A stretch of 63,576 nucleotides of DNA, the filler included. It is 3 parts of 3 records of this genome, joined end to end, with 100 filler letters (N's around TTAATTAATTAA, not from the genome) between each part and the next. Parts side by side here need not be neighbours in the genome. Positions count along the whole stretch, not along the records: positions 27,608 to 57,863 come from SRR2962707_1432; 2 more parts are not named here. One strand, written 5' to 3'. A program made the position numbers and the translations under genes. Shown here piece after piece: positions 29,453 to 38,599 of this stretch (its first letter is position 1; each line of letters starts with the position of its first letter). The notes under the pieces were generated by a model. The model made no database searches, was not told the DNA's origin, and was given only the letters and a program-made list of their open reading frames with translations.

Positions 29453-30559
29453 ATGGGTAAATGGAATTGGCAGCATAGAGATTGGCCTAACTTCATTTGG
29501 AATCGTGAGCAGATCCGAGCGTACTTACCCTCAGTTTCTCACAAACAGGGATACGTAGCCGGATTGGCCAACTCGCTAAAGGATTCCCGAGCTTTAATCA
29601 CTAAAGCACTTACTGAGAACATCGTTGCATCTTTTGCAATTGAGGGCGAGCAGCTTGCCGGAACCGATGTTTCCGCTGAAATCGTAAGAGCTTTTGATCC
29701 GCTAATTTCCAGCGAGCAAGAAATGCGAGCAGGTATCCTCGAAGCCAACGCTGCTGCTTTGATATCAGACGTTTTTGATGGGTCCTCTCAGTGCCTTACT
29801 CTGCGTCGTTTGGGGGCTTGGCAGCGCTACATTTTCGAGAAGACATATTCATCAATTCAAATCGGTCAACCGGCAACATGGCGGACCGAAGATATCCAGG
29901 TTGTTTCTGGTGGCAGGGGTAACCGGAAAATTCACTTTGAGGCTCCCGGTCCATTACGTGTTCCAATCGAGATGGAAGCATTCTTGAAATGGTTTTTTTC
30001 CAGTCGGAAAAGCAAAGAAATAGATCCGATCTCACGAGCAGCTTTGGCGCATCTCTGGTTCGTAACCGTGCATCCGTTCGAGGATGGTAATGGCAGGAGC
30101 GCACGCGCGATTGCGGATTTGGCACTGTTTCAGTCAGATCCGAACGCTGTTTTGTACCCAATGGCGCCTTACATTTTAGCTGACCGTCAAGCCTATTACA
30201 CAGTGTTGGAACGAACTCAGTCTTCCGGCTTGGATATAACGGAATGGATGGTTTGGTTCTTCAAAACTTTGGAAAATGCACTCGACGGCGCGATAACGAG
30301 ATTAAGCTGGAGTGTTGAAGCGAATAACCTCGGGACAATGGAGCAAGAAAAAAGGCTTCTGACACAACAAGTTAAAATTCTTGTGATGCTGCACGATGAC
30401 GCGGATCAAAATGTCATAAGTGCATCACAATATGCCACTATTAACAGCGTTAGTAAGGCGACGGCGACACGCCACCTTACCGACCTGGTCGACAAGGCCT
30501 ATCTATGCGTTTGCGAAGGACGCGGCCGTTCGACGAAATACCGTTTGTCAGGCAAATAA
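29453..30559 (+). CDS. Fic family protein (DUF4172-type N-terminus, C-terminal wHTH)
   Basis: WNWQHRDWPNFIW N-terminus, canonical HPFEDGNGRSAR, C-terminal SKATATRHLTDLV...GRGRSTKY. Confidence 0.92.
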   Translation: MGKWNWQHRDWPNFIWNREQIRAYLPSVSHKQGYVAGLANSLKDSRALITKALTENIVASFAIEGEQLAGTDVSAEIVRAFDPLISSEQEMRAGILEANAAALISDVFDGSSQCLTLRRLGAWQRYIFEKTYSSIQIGQPATWRTEDIQVVSGGRGNRKIHFEAPGPLRVPIEMEAFLKWFFSSRKSKEIDPISRAALAHLWFVTVHPFEDGNGRSARAIADLALFQSDPNAVLYPMAPYILADRQAYYTVLERTQSSGLDITEWMVWFFKTLENALDGAITRLSWSVEANNLGTMEQEKRLLTQQVKILVMLHDDADQNVISASQYATINSVSKATATRHLTDLVDKAYLCVCEGRGRSTKYRLSGK

Positions 30560-30570
30560 TTCATCAGGCG

Positions 30571-31548
30571 TTACGCCATGCCGAAATCTGGTATGCCCTG
30601 ACGCATGATTTCGCGAAGGGTTAGAGAATAGCGAGAGGGCCGGGTGTCTCCTTTTGGGCGACGAACAATCTTCATTTCGCTACCCGTTTCATCAAATTCG
30701 ATGATCCCGACTTGATGAATGTCCAGAGCATCAATCGCAGCATTAATTTCTTCTGATGGCCAACGGAACGAGCTGTTTCTGCAAAGCCATACGTGCCGGA
30801 AAAAGCTCGAGCGATAATCGATATCCGATAGCAGGTTCTGGAAAGCGAGTTTGTTGTTTCCGGGGGAGCCGGTCATGAACATGAAGCCGTCAACCAGCTG
30901 TAAGGCGCCATCCTCACCACAACGAATGCCAACTGCGTCAATGCTGACGAATTCGAAATCGTATCTTTTAAAATAGATACTGACATCGTCACCTCCATAA
31001 AGGAGCGATTTGTGCTCGTCGATCAGAGCAAGCGCGTCTTTTCTGTGAAGGGCGTCTTTGGGCATCAGGAACGTTGGAGCGGCTGATGAAGAGTATTTGC
31101 GGTTCGTTACTTCACTGAGGATTTCCTTGATGCGAACAACCGGGACTTTTTTGTCTCGCATCTCAGCCAGGAGATCGAGTGCAGCGTCTGGATCTGCGCT
31201 GTGAATACGTGCGAACAATTCTGCGGTGTGAAAGTGACCCAGTACGTCAAACAGGGCATTTGGTTCGAGTGCGCGCTGTCCGAGAATTTCTTGCAGTTTC
31301 ATTTTTTCGCGATCTGCGATGGCATTTCCACGGATGAGTGTTGAGCGCATCCGTTGCAAAGCGTTGCGTGTGTATCGCGTTTTCTGAGCAAGCATTTCCC
31401 AGAAATGTTCTTTATTTGCAGAGTATTGTTTACCTGCTGGCGTTTTCTCGATCGCATTAATGAGCATTGCGATCTCCGTCCATGGAAGTCTGCGATCCCG
31501 GGCATTATCGAGTTTTGCAAGAAGTTCATCGAACGATTGTGTGCTCAT
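30571..31548 (-). CDS. Hypothetical protein divergent from tnsA (possible N-terminal HTH, C-terminal degenerate REase-like fold)
   Basis: 325-aa ORF filling the gap; the domain guesses are weak pattern recognition. Confidence 0.7.
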   Translation of the reverse strand: MSTQSFDELLAKLDNARDRRLPWTEIAMLINAIEKTPAGKQYSANKEHFWEMLAQKTRYTRNALQRMRSTLIRGNAIADREKMKLQEILGQRALEPNALFDVLGHFHTAELFARIHSADPDAALDLLAEMRDKKVPVVRIKEILSEVTNRKYSSSAAPTFLMPKDALHRKDALALIDEHKSLLYGGDDVSIYFKRYDFEFVSIDAVGIRCGEDGALQLVDGFMFMTGSPGNNKLAFQNLLSDIDYRSSFFRHVWLCRNSSFRWPSEEINAAIDALDIHQVGIIEFDETGSEMKIVRRPKGDTRPSRYSLTLREIMRQGIPDFGMA

Positions 31549-31663
31549 CTTGATTCTTTTCCACGGTGTTGGAAGTTTCTTTCAATTACCCATAGCAGAA
31601 TTTTTCGATTGTGCAAAGTTGATTTGAATCATAATATGCCACGAATCATAACGTGGATTGTGA

Positions 31664-32311
31664 ATGATGTTTGATCCCCATGCACAAAGAAGCAGGAAGG
31701 TTGTCCGACGGACAACGCATCGCGTTGTTGGTCGTTTTCCAAGCTTGAAATCCAGTCGGGTCGTCCACTGGGAGTCCCAGCTCGAGCGCGACATGATACG
31801 TTTGTTGGAGTTTGATCCGGCGGTGTTGTCATATCGGGAGCAACCAGAGCCTCTTACTTATTTCGAGAGCGGAAAAAGGCGTAAATACACACCCGATTTT
31901 GTCGCGCAGATGACGACTGGCGTAACTGTCTTTGAGGTGAAGCCTTACGAACAGTCCATAGCAAGCCCCTTGAAAGAGAGACTTGTGGCATTCCGGGAGT
32001 ACTACAGTGCGCAAGGCATAGATTTCCTGGTGATGACCGAGCGCGAAATCCGAAAAGAACCGCGACTTTCAAACATCACCAAACTCTTGCGGTATCAGCG
32101 CGAAATCGTAAATTCCGCCAGCAAGCAGGTTGTTATCAATCTCCTTGATAGCGGGGTTCAGACCCTTGAAGGGTTGTTTGAAAACTTGAAAGAGCATGGC
32201 GTTCCATTCTCGCACGTCTACGCACTCATCGCTCAAGGCAGTCTTGGCGTCGATATTAATCAACCGATCGACAACGACGATACGCCTGTTTGTCTGCGGA
32301 GGGCTTCGTAA
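31664..32311 (+). CDS. tnsA: TnsA-like endonuclease
   Basis: GRFPSLK, WESQLERD, YREQP, YTPDF and FEVKP (PD-ExK); TAATG-coupled to tnsB. Confidence 0.92.
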   Translation: MMFDPHAQRSRKVVRRTTHRVVGRFPSLKSSRVVHWESQLERDMIRLLEFDPAVLSYREQPEPLTYFESGKRRKYTPDFVAQMTTGVTVFEVKPYEQSIASPLKERLVAFREYYSAQGIDFLVMTEREIRKEPRLSNITKLLRYQREIVNSASKQVVINLLDSGVQTLEGLFENLKEHGVPFSHVYALIAQGSLGVDINQPIDNDDTPVCLRRAS

Positions 32312-34314
32312 TGGTTGCTGTCCGCATCGGTATGGGAACAGAGGTTTCTGTCGGTGAAACCATCTACGCTGTTCGTCGCTGCCTCGCAGGGGATATTCTT
32401 CAGCTTGAGTCAGAAGATGACGGTCAATTGGTGAAAATCCCAAGACCTGAGTTAGCGTTTTCCGTGGCCAACGGTGAAGCCTCAATCATCGTTGGTGACC
32501 GCAAACACAAAGTATTTGAACGCCAGGATCTGAGTGTCCTTCCGGAAAAAGATCGCGATGAGCTTCGTCGCAGGCTTGCCTACGTAAAATTGGTTGAGAA
32601 GCCGAGGGTTGCGGCGAGTGGCGCAGCTTTGGTTAAAGCCAGCATCGAAATCGGTGCGGCACAGCTTAACGACCTTAAACCGCCGTCAGTGGCAACTCTC
32701 TATAACTGGTGCAAACTTTACCGTCAGGCTGGCGGCGATCCTGTCGCTTTGGTGCCGCAAACAAAGCGCCGCGGGAACCGACAACGGCGATTTGCTCCTG
32801 AGGTGCTTGAGATCCTCCAATCCGTAATTAATGAGCGATTTCTGGTTACGTCCAGGCCTCGACCGACTGATGTTTATTCTGCGGTTATTTTCGAGATTAA
32901 ACGATTGAATGCCTACCGACCATCATTCGATCAATTAGCAGTCCCAACGCTGCGGACGCTCTACCGCGAAATCGAAAAGCTTGACCCTTACATCTTCCTC
33001 AAAGGGCGCTTTGGTAAGTACATCGCAGACAAGGAGACACGACATGTGGGACAAGGTGCTTTCTCCTCTCGACCGCTTGAGCGGGTAGAGATCGACCACA
33101 GTCTTCTCGATATCATCGCCTACGATGAGGATCTCGACATTCCACTAGGGCGGCCAACACTCACATTAATCATTGACCATTTTTCAAGGATGCCTCTGGG
33201 CTTTTATCTCGGCTTCGAAGCGCCAGGTTCAGCGAGTGTAATGATGGCACTGCGCAATGCGATTGGAACCAAGGAATGGGTCAACGAGCGTTACCCTGAC
33301 ATTGAAGGCACATGGCCTTGTTATGGCGTGCCCGAGGTTCTTGTTACGGATAACGGGCCTGAATTCCATTCCAAAGACCTGGAAATCGCGTGTGCTCAAC
33401 TAGGTATCACCATTCAGCATAACAAAGTGAAGTCACCATGGACCAAAGGTGTTGTGGAGAGGATTTTTGGTGAGATCAACCGATCTCTTCTGTGTGACGC
33501 GCCGGGAAAGACCTTTCACAACAAGGACGCACGCTCAGAGAATGATGCGGTTGGAGAGGCTAGCGTTCCTATCGCACTTCTTGAGCATGTCTTGTGTAAA
33601 TGGATTGTCGAAATTCATGCCAGGAAGATGCACGAGGGTATACAAGCAATACCGCTTGAAAGATGGACTGAAGGTGTGGAGACGTTTCCACCTCGGCTTA
33701 TTTCCGATCAGGAGGACCTCAATGTTCTTCTTTCCTGCTTCAAGGAAGTTCGGAAAATTCATCCCAAAGGGATTGTGATAGAGGGCATTTGGTACAGCTC
33801 AAGAAAGCTGACCGAGCTCCGTAACAGCTCTAACAAGGATTTCCAAGTAGATATGAAGTTCGACCCGACCAATATGGGGCGCATTCATGTCCGCGAACCA
33901 AGAACCAATACCTATTTCGAGGTCCCGGCATTGAATCCTGAATACGCAGAGGGGTTGGGGCTCTGGCCTCACAAGATCGTTCGTAAGTACCTTCGGAAAA
34001 TGGGAGCGCGCAAGATCGATCCGACTGAACTTGCGAAGGTCAAAGAACACATTCACGACCTTATTCAGGAAACGGCCAAGACCAAGAAGCGGAAACGCAC
34101 AACCAATGCACGGATTGGACGTTTTCGTGAGGCTTCCAGCCAAGCACCCTCGAATGAAGATCGGATGGTCGAGCAGAACACCTCTTATGAGATCTCATTT
34201 GACGCCGGACCAACGGCCGAGGAGGAAGATTATCGCGACGACCTAGTCGAAGATGACGATTTTCTTGCTGATGGCATGCAGCGTATTCAGGCTGTCGGAA
34301 AGGATGACGTATGA
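32311..34314 (+). CDS. tnsB: TnsB-like DDE transposase
   Basis: HTH PPSVATLYNW, PTLRTLYR; DDE in VEIDHS, VTDNGPEF and KGVVER; Mu C-terminal FDPTNMGRI; acidic tail. Confidence 0.95.
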   Translation: MVAVRIGMGTEVSVGETIYAVRRCLAGDILQLESEDDGQLVKIPRPELAFSVANGEASIIVGDRKHKVFERQDLSVLPEKDRDELRRRLAYVKLVEKPRVAASGAALVKASIEIGAAQLNDLKPPSVATLYNWCKLYRQAGGDPVALVPQTKRRGNRQRRFAPEVLEILQSVINERFLVTSRPRPTDVYSAVIFEIKRLNAYRPSFDQLAVPTLRTLYREIEKLDPYIFLKGRFGKYIADKETRHVGQGAFSSRPLERVEIDHSLLDIIAYDEDLDIPLGRPTLTLIIDHFSRMPLGFYLGFEAPGSASVMMALRNAIGTKEWVNERYPDIEGTWPCYGVPEVLVTDNGPEFHSKDLEIACAQLGITIQHNKVKSPWTKGVVERIFGEINRSLLCDAPGKTFHNKDARSENDAVGEASVPIALLEHVLCKWIVEIHARKMHEGIQAIPLERWTEGVETFPPRLISDQEDLNVLLSCFKEVRKIHPKGIVIEGIWYSSRKLTELRNSSNKDFQVDMKFDPTNMGRIHVREPRTNTYFEVPALNPEYAEGLGLWPHKIVRKYLRKMGARKIDPTELAKVKEHIHDLIQETAKTKKRKRTTNARIGRFREASSQAPSNEDRMVEQNTSYEISFDAGPTAEEEDYRDDLVEDDDFLADGMQRIQAVGKDDV

Positions 34315-35321
34315 GCATTGCTGTTAATCCAGACAAGCTTTCTGACATCAATCAGGTGATGGGTGATGTTCTGATCCGCCATCGTTCTTTCAAAACCGGG
34401 TTGGCACGGCTTGATGAATGCATGCAGTCCTATACGGGCTATGGAGAACCGGTTTGTATGCTTCTGCATGGTCCCTCAGGGGTTGGGAAGTCGACGCTTG
34501 CAAAGGCTTTTCTCGTCGATAACCAGCCTGTCGAAACCCAGGACCGTAAATTGGTTCCGGTTCTGAGCGCTGTAATTCCCGTGCCGGCAACGATGAAGAA
34601 TATGGCGTCCGAGCTTCTCGATAAGCTTGGCGACCCTCTTTCTGATCGCGGCACACTTGAGCAAAGAACCAAAAGGCTACGCAAGCTTCTGCGGGAATGC
34701 GGCACGAAACTGATCATCCTTGATGAGTTTCAGCACTTTATCGATCGCAAGAGCGAACGGGTTATCTTGGATGTTTCAGACTGGCTGAAGAACCTCATTT
34801 CCAACACATCGATCCCGGTGGCTTTGGTTGGGCTTCCATATTCGAGAAATGTGCTATCGGCAAATGAGCAACTGATGCGGCGCTTCAGCTATCAGACCGA
34901 ACTCTCTCCCTTTGATTGGAATGACAAAGCGGAACGCACAGAATTTACCAGGATTCTTGATGCGGTTGATGGAAAGCTTACAGAAATCCTGGGAAGCCGA
35001 AGCGATTTGAAGGGCCAAGGTGTCCGCTGCCATGCTGCAACAAAGGGCCTGATTTCTCTTCTGATCAAGCTACTCCATGGTGCTGCATATGAAGCAGCCA
35101 AATGCAATGCTTCGTCGATAACCGGGCAGCATCTCGCCAAATCGTTCAGGGAGCGCCTTGTACCAGACAAAGGAGTTCTCAATCCGTTTCTCGAAAGTTG
35201 GGATGGGCAAGCAATCGACCCGCTTCCGGAGAGCAGACATATGTCGGTTGCGGGATGCATCCCGTCTCTTGGCGCGAAATCAAGTTCTCTGAACGTCAAC
35301 GAAATCCTCTCGGCAAGGTGA
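34311..35321 (+). CDS. tnsC: TnsC/TniB-like AAA+ ATPase
   Basis: GPSGVGKST, LIILDEFQH and QLMRRF; ATGA overlap with tnsB. Confidence 0.93.
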   Translation: MSIAVNPDKLSDINQVMGDVLIRHRSFKTGLARLDECMQSYTGYGEPVCMLLHGPSGVGKSTLAKAFLVDNQPVETQDRKLVPVLSAVIPVPATMKNMASELLDKLGDPLSDRGTLEQRTKRLRKLLRECGTKLIILDEFQHFIDRKSERVILDVSDWLKNLISNTSIPVALVGLPYSRNVLSANEQLMRRFSYQTELSPFDWNDKAERTEFTRILDAVDGKLTEILGSRSDLKGQGVRCHAATKGLISLLIKLLHGAAYEAAKCNASSITGQHLAKSFRERLVPDKGVLNPFLESWDGQAIDPLPESRHMSVAGCIPSLGAKSSSLNVNEILSAR

Positions 35322-35326
35322 GACAC

Positions 35327-37192
35327 ATGTCAGGTGATCTGTCCCTATTGGTACGTCCTAAGCTGGAAAAGGCTGAGAGCTTCCGGGGTTATCTGCTCAG
35401 GGTTTCGACAGCAAATGGCTATCACAATGCAAATTGGATGCTAAGGCAGCTTGGTATTCACCCACGCACGTTTCTGCCACGTGATGACATTGCAAAGCTA
35501 GCAAGCGCACTAAACCTCCAAGACAACGATCTTTCTAATATGCAGAACCAAATTGTGGGGCCCCGGTGGGTTCGTATCGGGGCGCATGAAGTTCATATCT
35601 GTGCACAGGAAAGGCGTTCTTTTCGCTACTGCCCGCAATGTTTGAGTGAAGGTCCGTACCATCGTGCCTTGTGGGATCTCAAGCCTTTGAGTGCCTGTCC
35701 AAAACACGGGACCTATCTGCTTGAGAGCTGCAGTAAATGTTATCGCCGCGTTGGCTGGGCACGTGAAAACCTTCTGGAGTGTAGCTGCGGTGCGGATTTG
35801 AGGTCGTTTCGGCCGCGTTCGGCACCCGATAAAACACTAGATTTCTGCAGGTTGCTGGAGAAGCGCTTCCAGCGACAACCGGCAGACGAAAACTGCGCCT
35901 TGCATCCGGCATTTCAGAAGTTGAGTTTCACGGATCTTCTGAATCACGCGATGTTTTTGGCCGCCTATATTTCAGGTCGAGGTCGAGGAACCGGTCGACA
36001 GTTGTTTTACAATCTTACCGCTGATGCATTGCGCGAGGTGTTTGATCGGGTTTCTGTAATTCTTGCGGATTGGCCGAATGGATTCCACTTGCTGCTCGAT
36101 GAAGTGCGGCAATTCACCGAACAGGATGTTGAAAAACATGTCGGGCTCGAGGCGGAATTTCGATCGCTCTACACCAATCTGTTTCGCAAGCAGCAGGAGG
36201 TTGAACATCTGCACCTTATCCGTGCTGAGTTTGCCAAATACATTGAAGGTAAATGGTTTGCTGGGTTTGTTGTACCAACCAGCAAGCGATTGTCTGATGA
36301 ATGGTCCCAGGATCAATCGTTTGTTACGGTTGCGGAAGCGGCGCGACGCCTTGGTATTCATCCAAGTATCCTGAGGCGGGATATTGCCGGGGGCAATCTG
36401 GCTGCAACTACTCGAAAGATGCAAAGCAGATGCCTTCGCGTCATAGAAGTCGCGGAGGTTGAGCGTTACCGAAACGCGCGCGAGAACCTGCTTGGAACCA
36501 ATGACGCCCAGGAACTGTTGGGCATTTCAAAGCACCCCTTTATGAAATTGGTGAATGCTGGCCTGATCAAAGCCGTCAAGGGGCCGAGGGTTGATGGTTC
36601 TCAGCACTGGGCTTTCAAGAAGCAGGATATCGATGAGTTCATTGCATCTTTGGCAAAGCAAGCGACTTTCTGTGTGGAGCTGGCTGAGCCTGTGACGTTT
36701 GATAAAGCAGTGCGTCGCTGTACCGCCAAGGGGCTTTGTATCGTTGACCTGATCCAGGGCATACTCGGTGGCGAGTTGAAAGCGCTGAAGCGTTCGAAAA
36801 ATGTGATCAACTTCAAAGATCTGTTCTTCAATGACGCAGACTTCCGAGCGTTTCTTTACAATGAGAAGCGGACCATCAAATGGGCCGTCACCATTCGTGA
36901 AGCTTCTAGGATGCTTGGGTTAAATGAAGAAGCAACACGTAATCTCGTGCACAAGGGGTTTCTTGAAACAACCTCTGTCCCGGTAGATGGGCGTCTTCGG
37001 CGGCAGGTTTCGTTGGATGCCATCGAGCGATTTAAGGCGACTTACGTTTCCGCTTCCAGTCTGGCTGCGTGTCAGAATACTTCGGCGAGATCTGTTGTTG
37101 CGAAGTTTAAGGAGGTAGGGAGTAGTCCGGTCACGGGGCCAGCAATTGATGGCGGTCGTCAGTACTTTTTCAGAATATCTGCGACAGCATAG
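35327..37192 (+). CDS. tniQ: TniQ/TnsD-family target selector with C-terminal tandem HTH repeats
   Basis: ESFRGYLLRVSTANG and Zn motifs CPQC..W..CPKH..CSKC..CSCG; start reassigned to ATG 35327 (621 aa). Confidence 0.9.
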   Translation: MSGDLSLLVRPKLEKAESFRGYLLRVSTANGYHNANWMLRQLGIHPRTFLPRDDIAKLASALNLQDNDLSNMQNQIVGPRWVRIGAHEVHICAQERRSFRYCPQCLSEGPYHRALWDLKPLSACPKHGTYLLESCSKCYRRVGWARENLLECSCGADLRSFRPRSAPDKTLDFCRLLEKRFQRQPADENCALHPAFQKLSFTDLLNHAMFLAAYISGRGRGTGRQLFYNLTADALREVFDRVSVILADWPNGFHLLLDEVRQFTEQDVEKHVGLEAEFRSLYTNLFRKQQEVEHLHLIRAEFAKYIEGKWFAGFVVPTSKRLSDEWSQDQSFVTVAEAARRLGIHPSILRRDIAGGNLAATTRKMQSRCLRVIEVAEVERYRNARENLLGTNDAQELLGISKHPFMKLVNAGLIKAVKGPRVDGSQHWAFKKQDIDEFIASLAKQATFCVELAEPVTFDKAVRRCTAKGLCIVDLIQGILGGELKALKRSKNVINFKDLFFNDADFRAFLYNEKRTIKWAVTIREASRMLGLNEEATRNLVHKGFLETTSVPVDGRLRRQVSLDAIERFKATYVSASSLAACQNTSARSVVAKFKEVGSSPVTGPAIDGGRQYFFRISATA

Positions 37193-37309
37193 CAAGTGCT
37201 ATAGAGGCTATTTCGGATACGAACTACCTCCGAGTTGATTGACTAAACGTCAGTTTGCCGTCAATCTAATCGTCGTGACGCAATGATAACTGTTGTTGCC
37301 CACTTTCCG

Positions 37310-37334
37310 AAGCCCGCGCGTGTCGCGGGCTTTC
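37310..37334 (+). terminator. Rho-independent terminator between convergent tniQ and the desulfurase gene
   Basis: AAGCCCGCG-cgtgt-CGCGGGCTT followed by TCGTGTTTT. Confidence 0.7.
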
Positions 37335-37376
37335 GTGTTTTGAGCAGCTGGGCTCTATAGAGCTTGAATGGAATAA

Positions 37377-38522
37377 TCAATTTAAGTTTGCCTCTATGTG
37401 ACTGCTCAATAAGCTGATTGCGCGGTCAGCTTGTTCTTTGTTCGAAAAACGGCCAAAACTAAATCGGATACACTCTGATGCCGTCTCATGGTCAAGACCC
37501 ATCGCTGTTAGCACATGAGAGGGTTCTATCGAACCGGAGGAGCATGCGGATTGTGTTGAAGCCGCTATATGGGGTTGTAGCTGTGCTAAAAGATCCGCGG
37601 CATCTTGACCCGGAAAATGCATCAAGGCATTTCCAGGATGTCGCAGCTTCTGGTTGCCAACTAGCTTAGCAAATTGTTTTTCTTCAAGTTTTTTAACAAA
37701 GTGCTCAGTAATAAGTCTGATGCGTGCTCTTTCAGATGCACCGTAGAGTGAAATCAGTCGGCATGCTTCGCCAAAGCCTGCGATTAGTTCCGTAGGCATT
37801 GTGCCGCCGCGTCTTCCTCCCTGTTGTCCTGCGCCTTTCACAATTGGTTTGACGAGATTTGATGTTCCGGGTCCCGCTAAAAGTGCTCCAACCCCTTTGG
37901 GGCCGTATAGTTTGTGCGCGGAGATGGTTGCAAAAGGGATATCAAGCTCGAGTAAATCAATATCTATCGCGAGAGGAGCTTGAGAGAGGTCCGCATGCAA
38001 GATGACGCCCTTTGACTTACAAATATTTGATATTTTTGAAAGTTCTGTAATTGAACCATTTTCATTGTTTACACCAATTACCGAAACAAGGGCCGTGCTT
38101 TCATTGATTAAATGTTCAACCGCTGAAGGGGCCGGCGCACCATTTTTATCCAACGGAATCTGCCGTAGCTTTAGGCTAGTGGAGTTAGCCTCGTTTCGGA
38201 CCGAATTATGGTCAGCGGCCCCTATTAAGATTTCCTTTTTCCCTGTTTCTGTAGCCACGGCATTTGCGATTTGAAATGCCATTGCGTTTGCTTCACTTGC
38301 ACCTGAAGTGAAGATTACATCTTCAGCTTGAAGACCAAACAACTCTGCAACGTGAGAGGCTGCTGCATCGATTGTCGCGGCCGCTTTCCAACCGAGGATG
38401 TGGTCAGCAGCGTGAGGGTTGGCAAAGTTTGTCAGATATGCGTCCTGCATCACTTTAAGAACGCGATTATCAATTGGGGTTGCTGCCTGATAATCAAGAT
38501 AGATCGTTTCATCAATTTGCAT
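37377..38522 (-). CDS. sspA: Cysteine desulfurase (IscS/DndA/SspA type)
   Basis: IYLDYQAATP, FTSGASEAN, VNNENG, SAHKLYGPKG (PLP Lys) and SACSSGS (catalytic Cys); start reassigned to MQIDETIY; symbol from context. Confidence 0.88.
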   Translation of the reverse strand: MQIDETIYLDYQAATPIDNRVLKVMQDAYLTNFANPHAADHILGWKAAATIDAAASHVAELFGLQAEDVIFTSGASEANAMAFQIANAVATETGKKEILIGAADHNSVRNEANSTSLKLRQIPLDKNGAPAPSAVEHLINESTALVSVIGVNNENGSITELSKISNICKSKGVILHADLSQAPLAIDIDLLELDIPFATISAHKLYGPKGVGALLAGPGTSNLVKPIVKGAGQQGGRRGGTMPTELIAGFGEACRLISLYGASERARIRLITEHFVKKLEEKQFAKLVGNQKLRHPGNALMHFPGQDAADLLAQLQPHIAASTQSACSSGSIEPSHVLTAMGLDHETASECIRFSFGRFSNKEQADRAISLLSSHIEANLN

Positions 38523-38533
38523 GATGCCCTCAA

Positions 38534-38554
38534 TACTGGACGTTATCTCCAGTA
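38534..38554. promoter_or_regulatory. Inverted repeat TACTGGA-N7-TCCAGTA in the sspA/sspB divergent promoter
   Basis: Perfect 7-bp arms in a 77-bp intergenic region. Confidence 0.5.
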
Positions 38555-38599
38555 GCTTGTATAACGTTTTCGTGCTGGATGATATCCCCAGGAGGAAAA

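Noticed and set aside
35102-35326. N-terminal extension of TniQ given by the ORF track
   Set aside because: It overlaps tnsC by 220 nt; TniQ similarity starts at ATG 35327.
27481-37192. Tn7-like element inserted at the tRNA
   Set aside because: The tRNA fragment is on a different contig, separated by an artificial linker.
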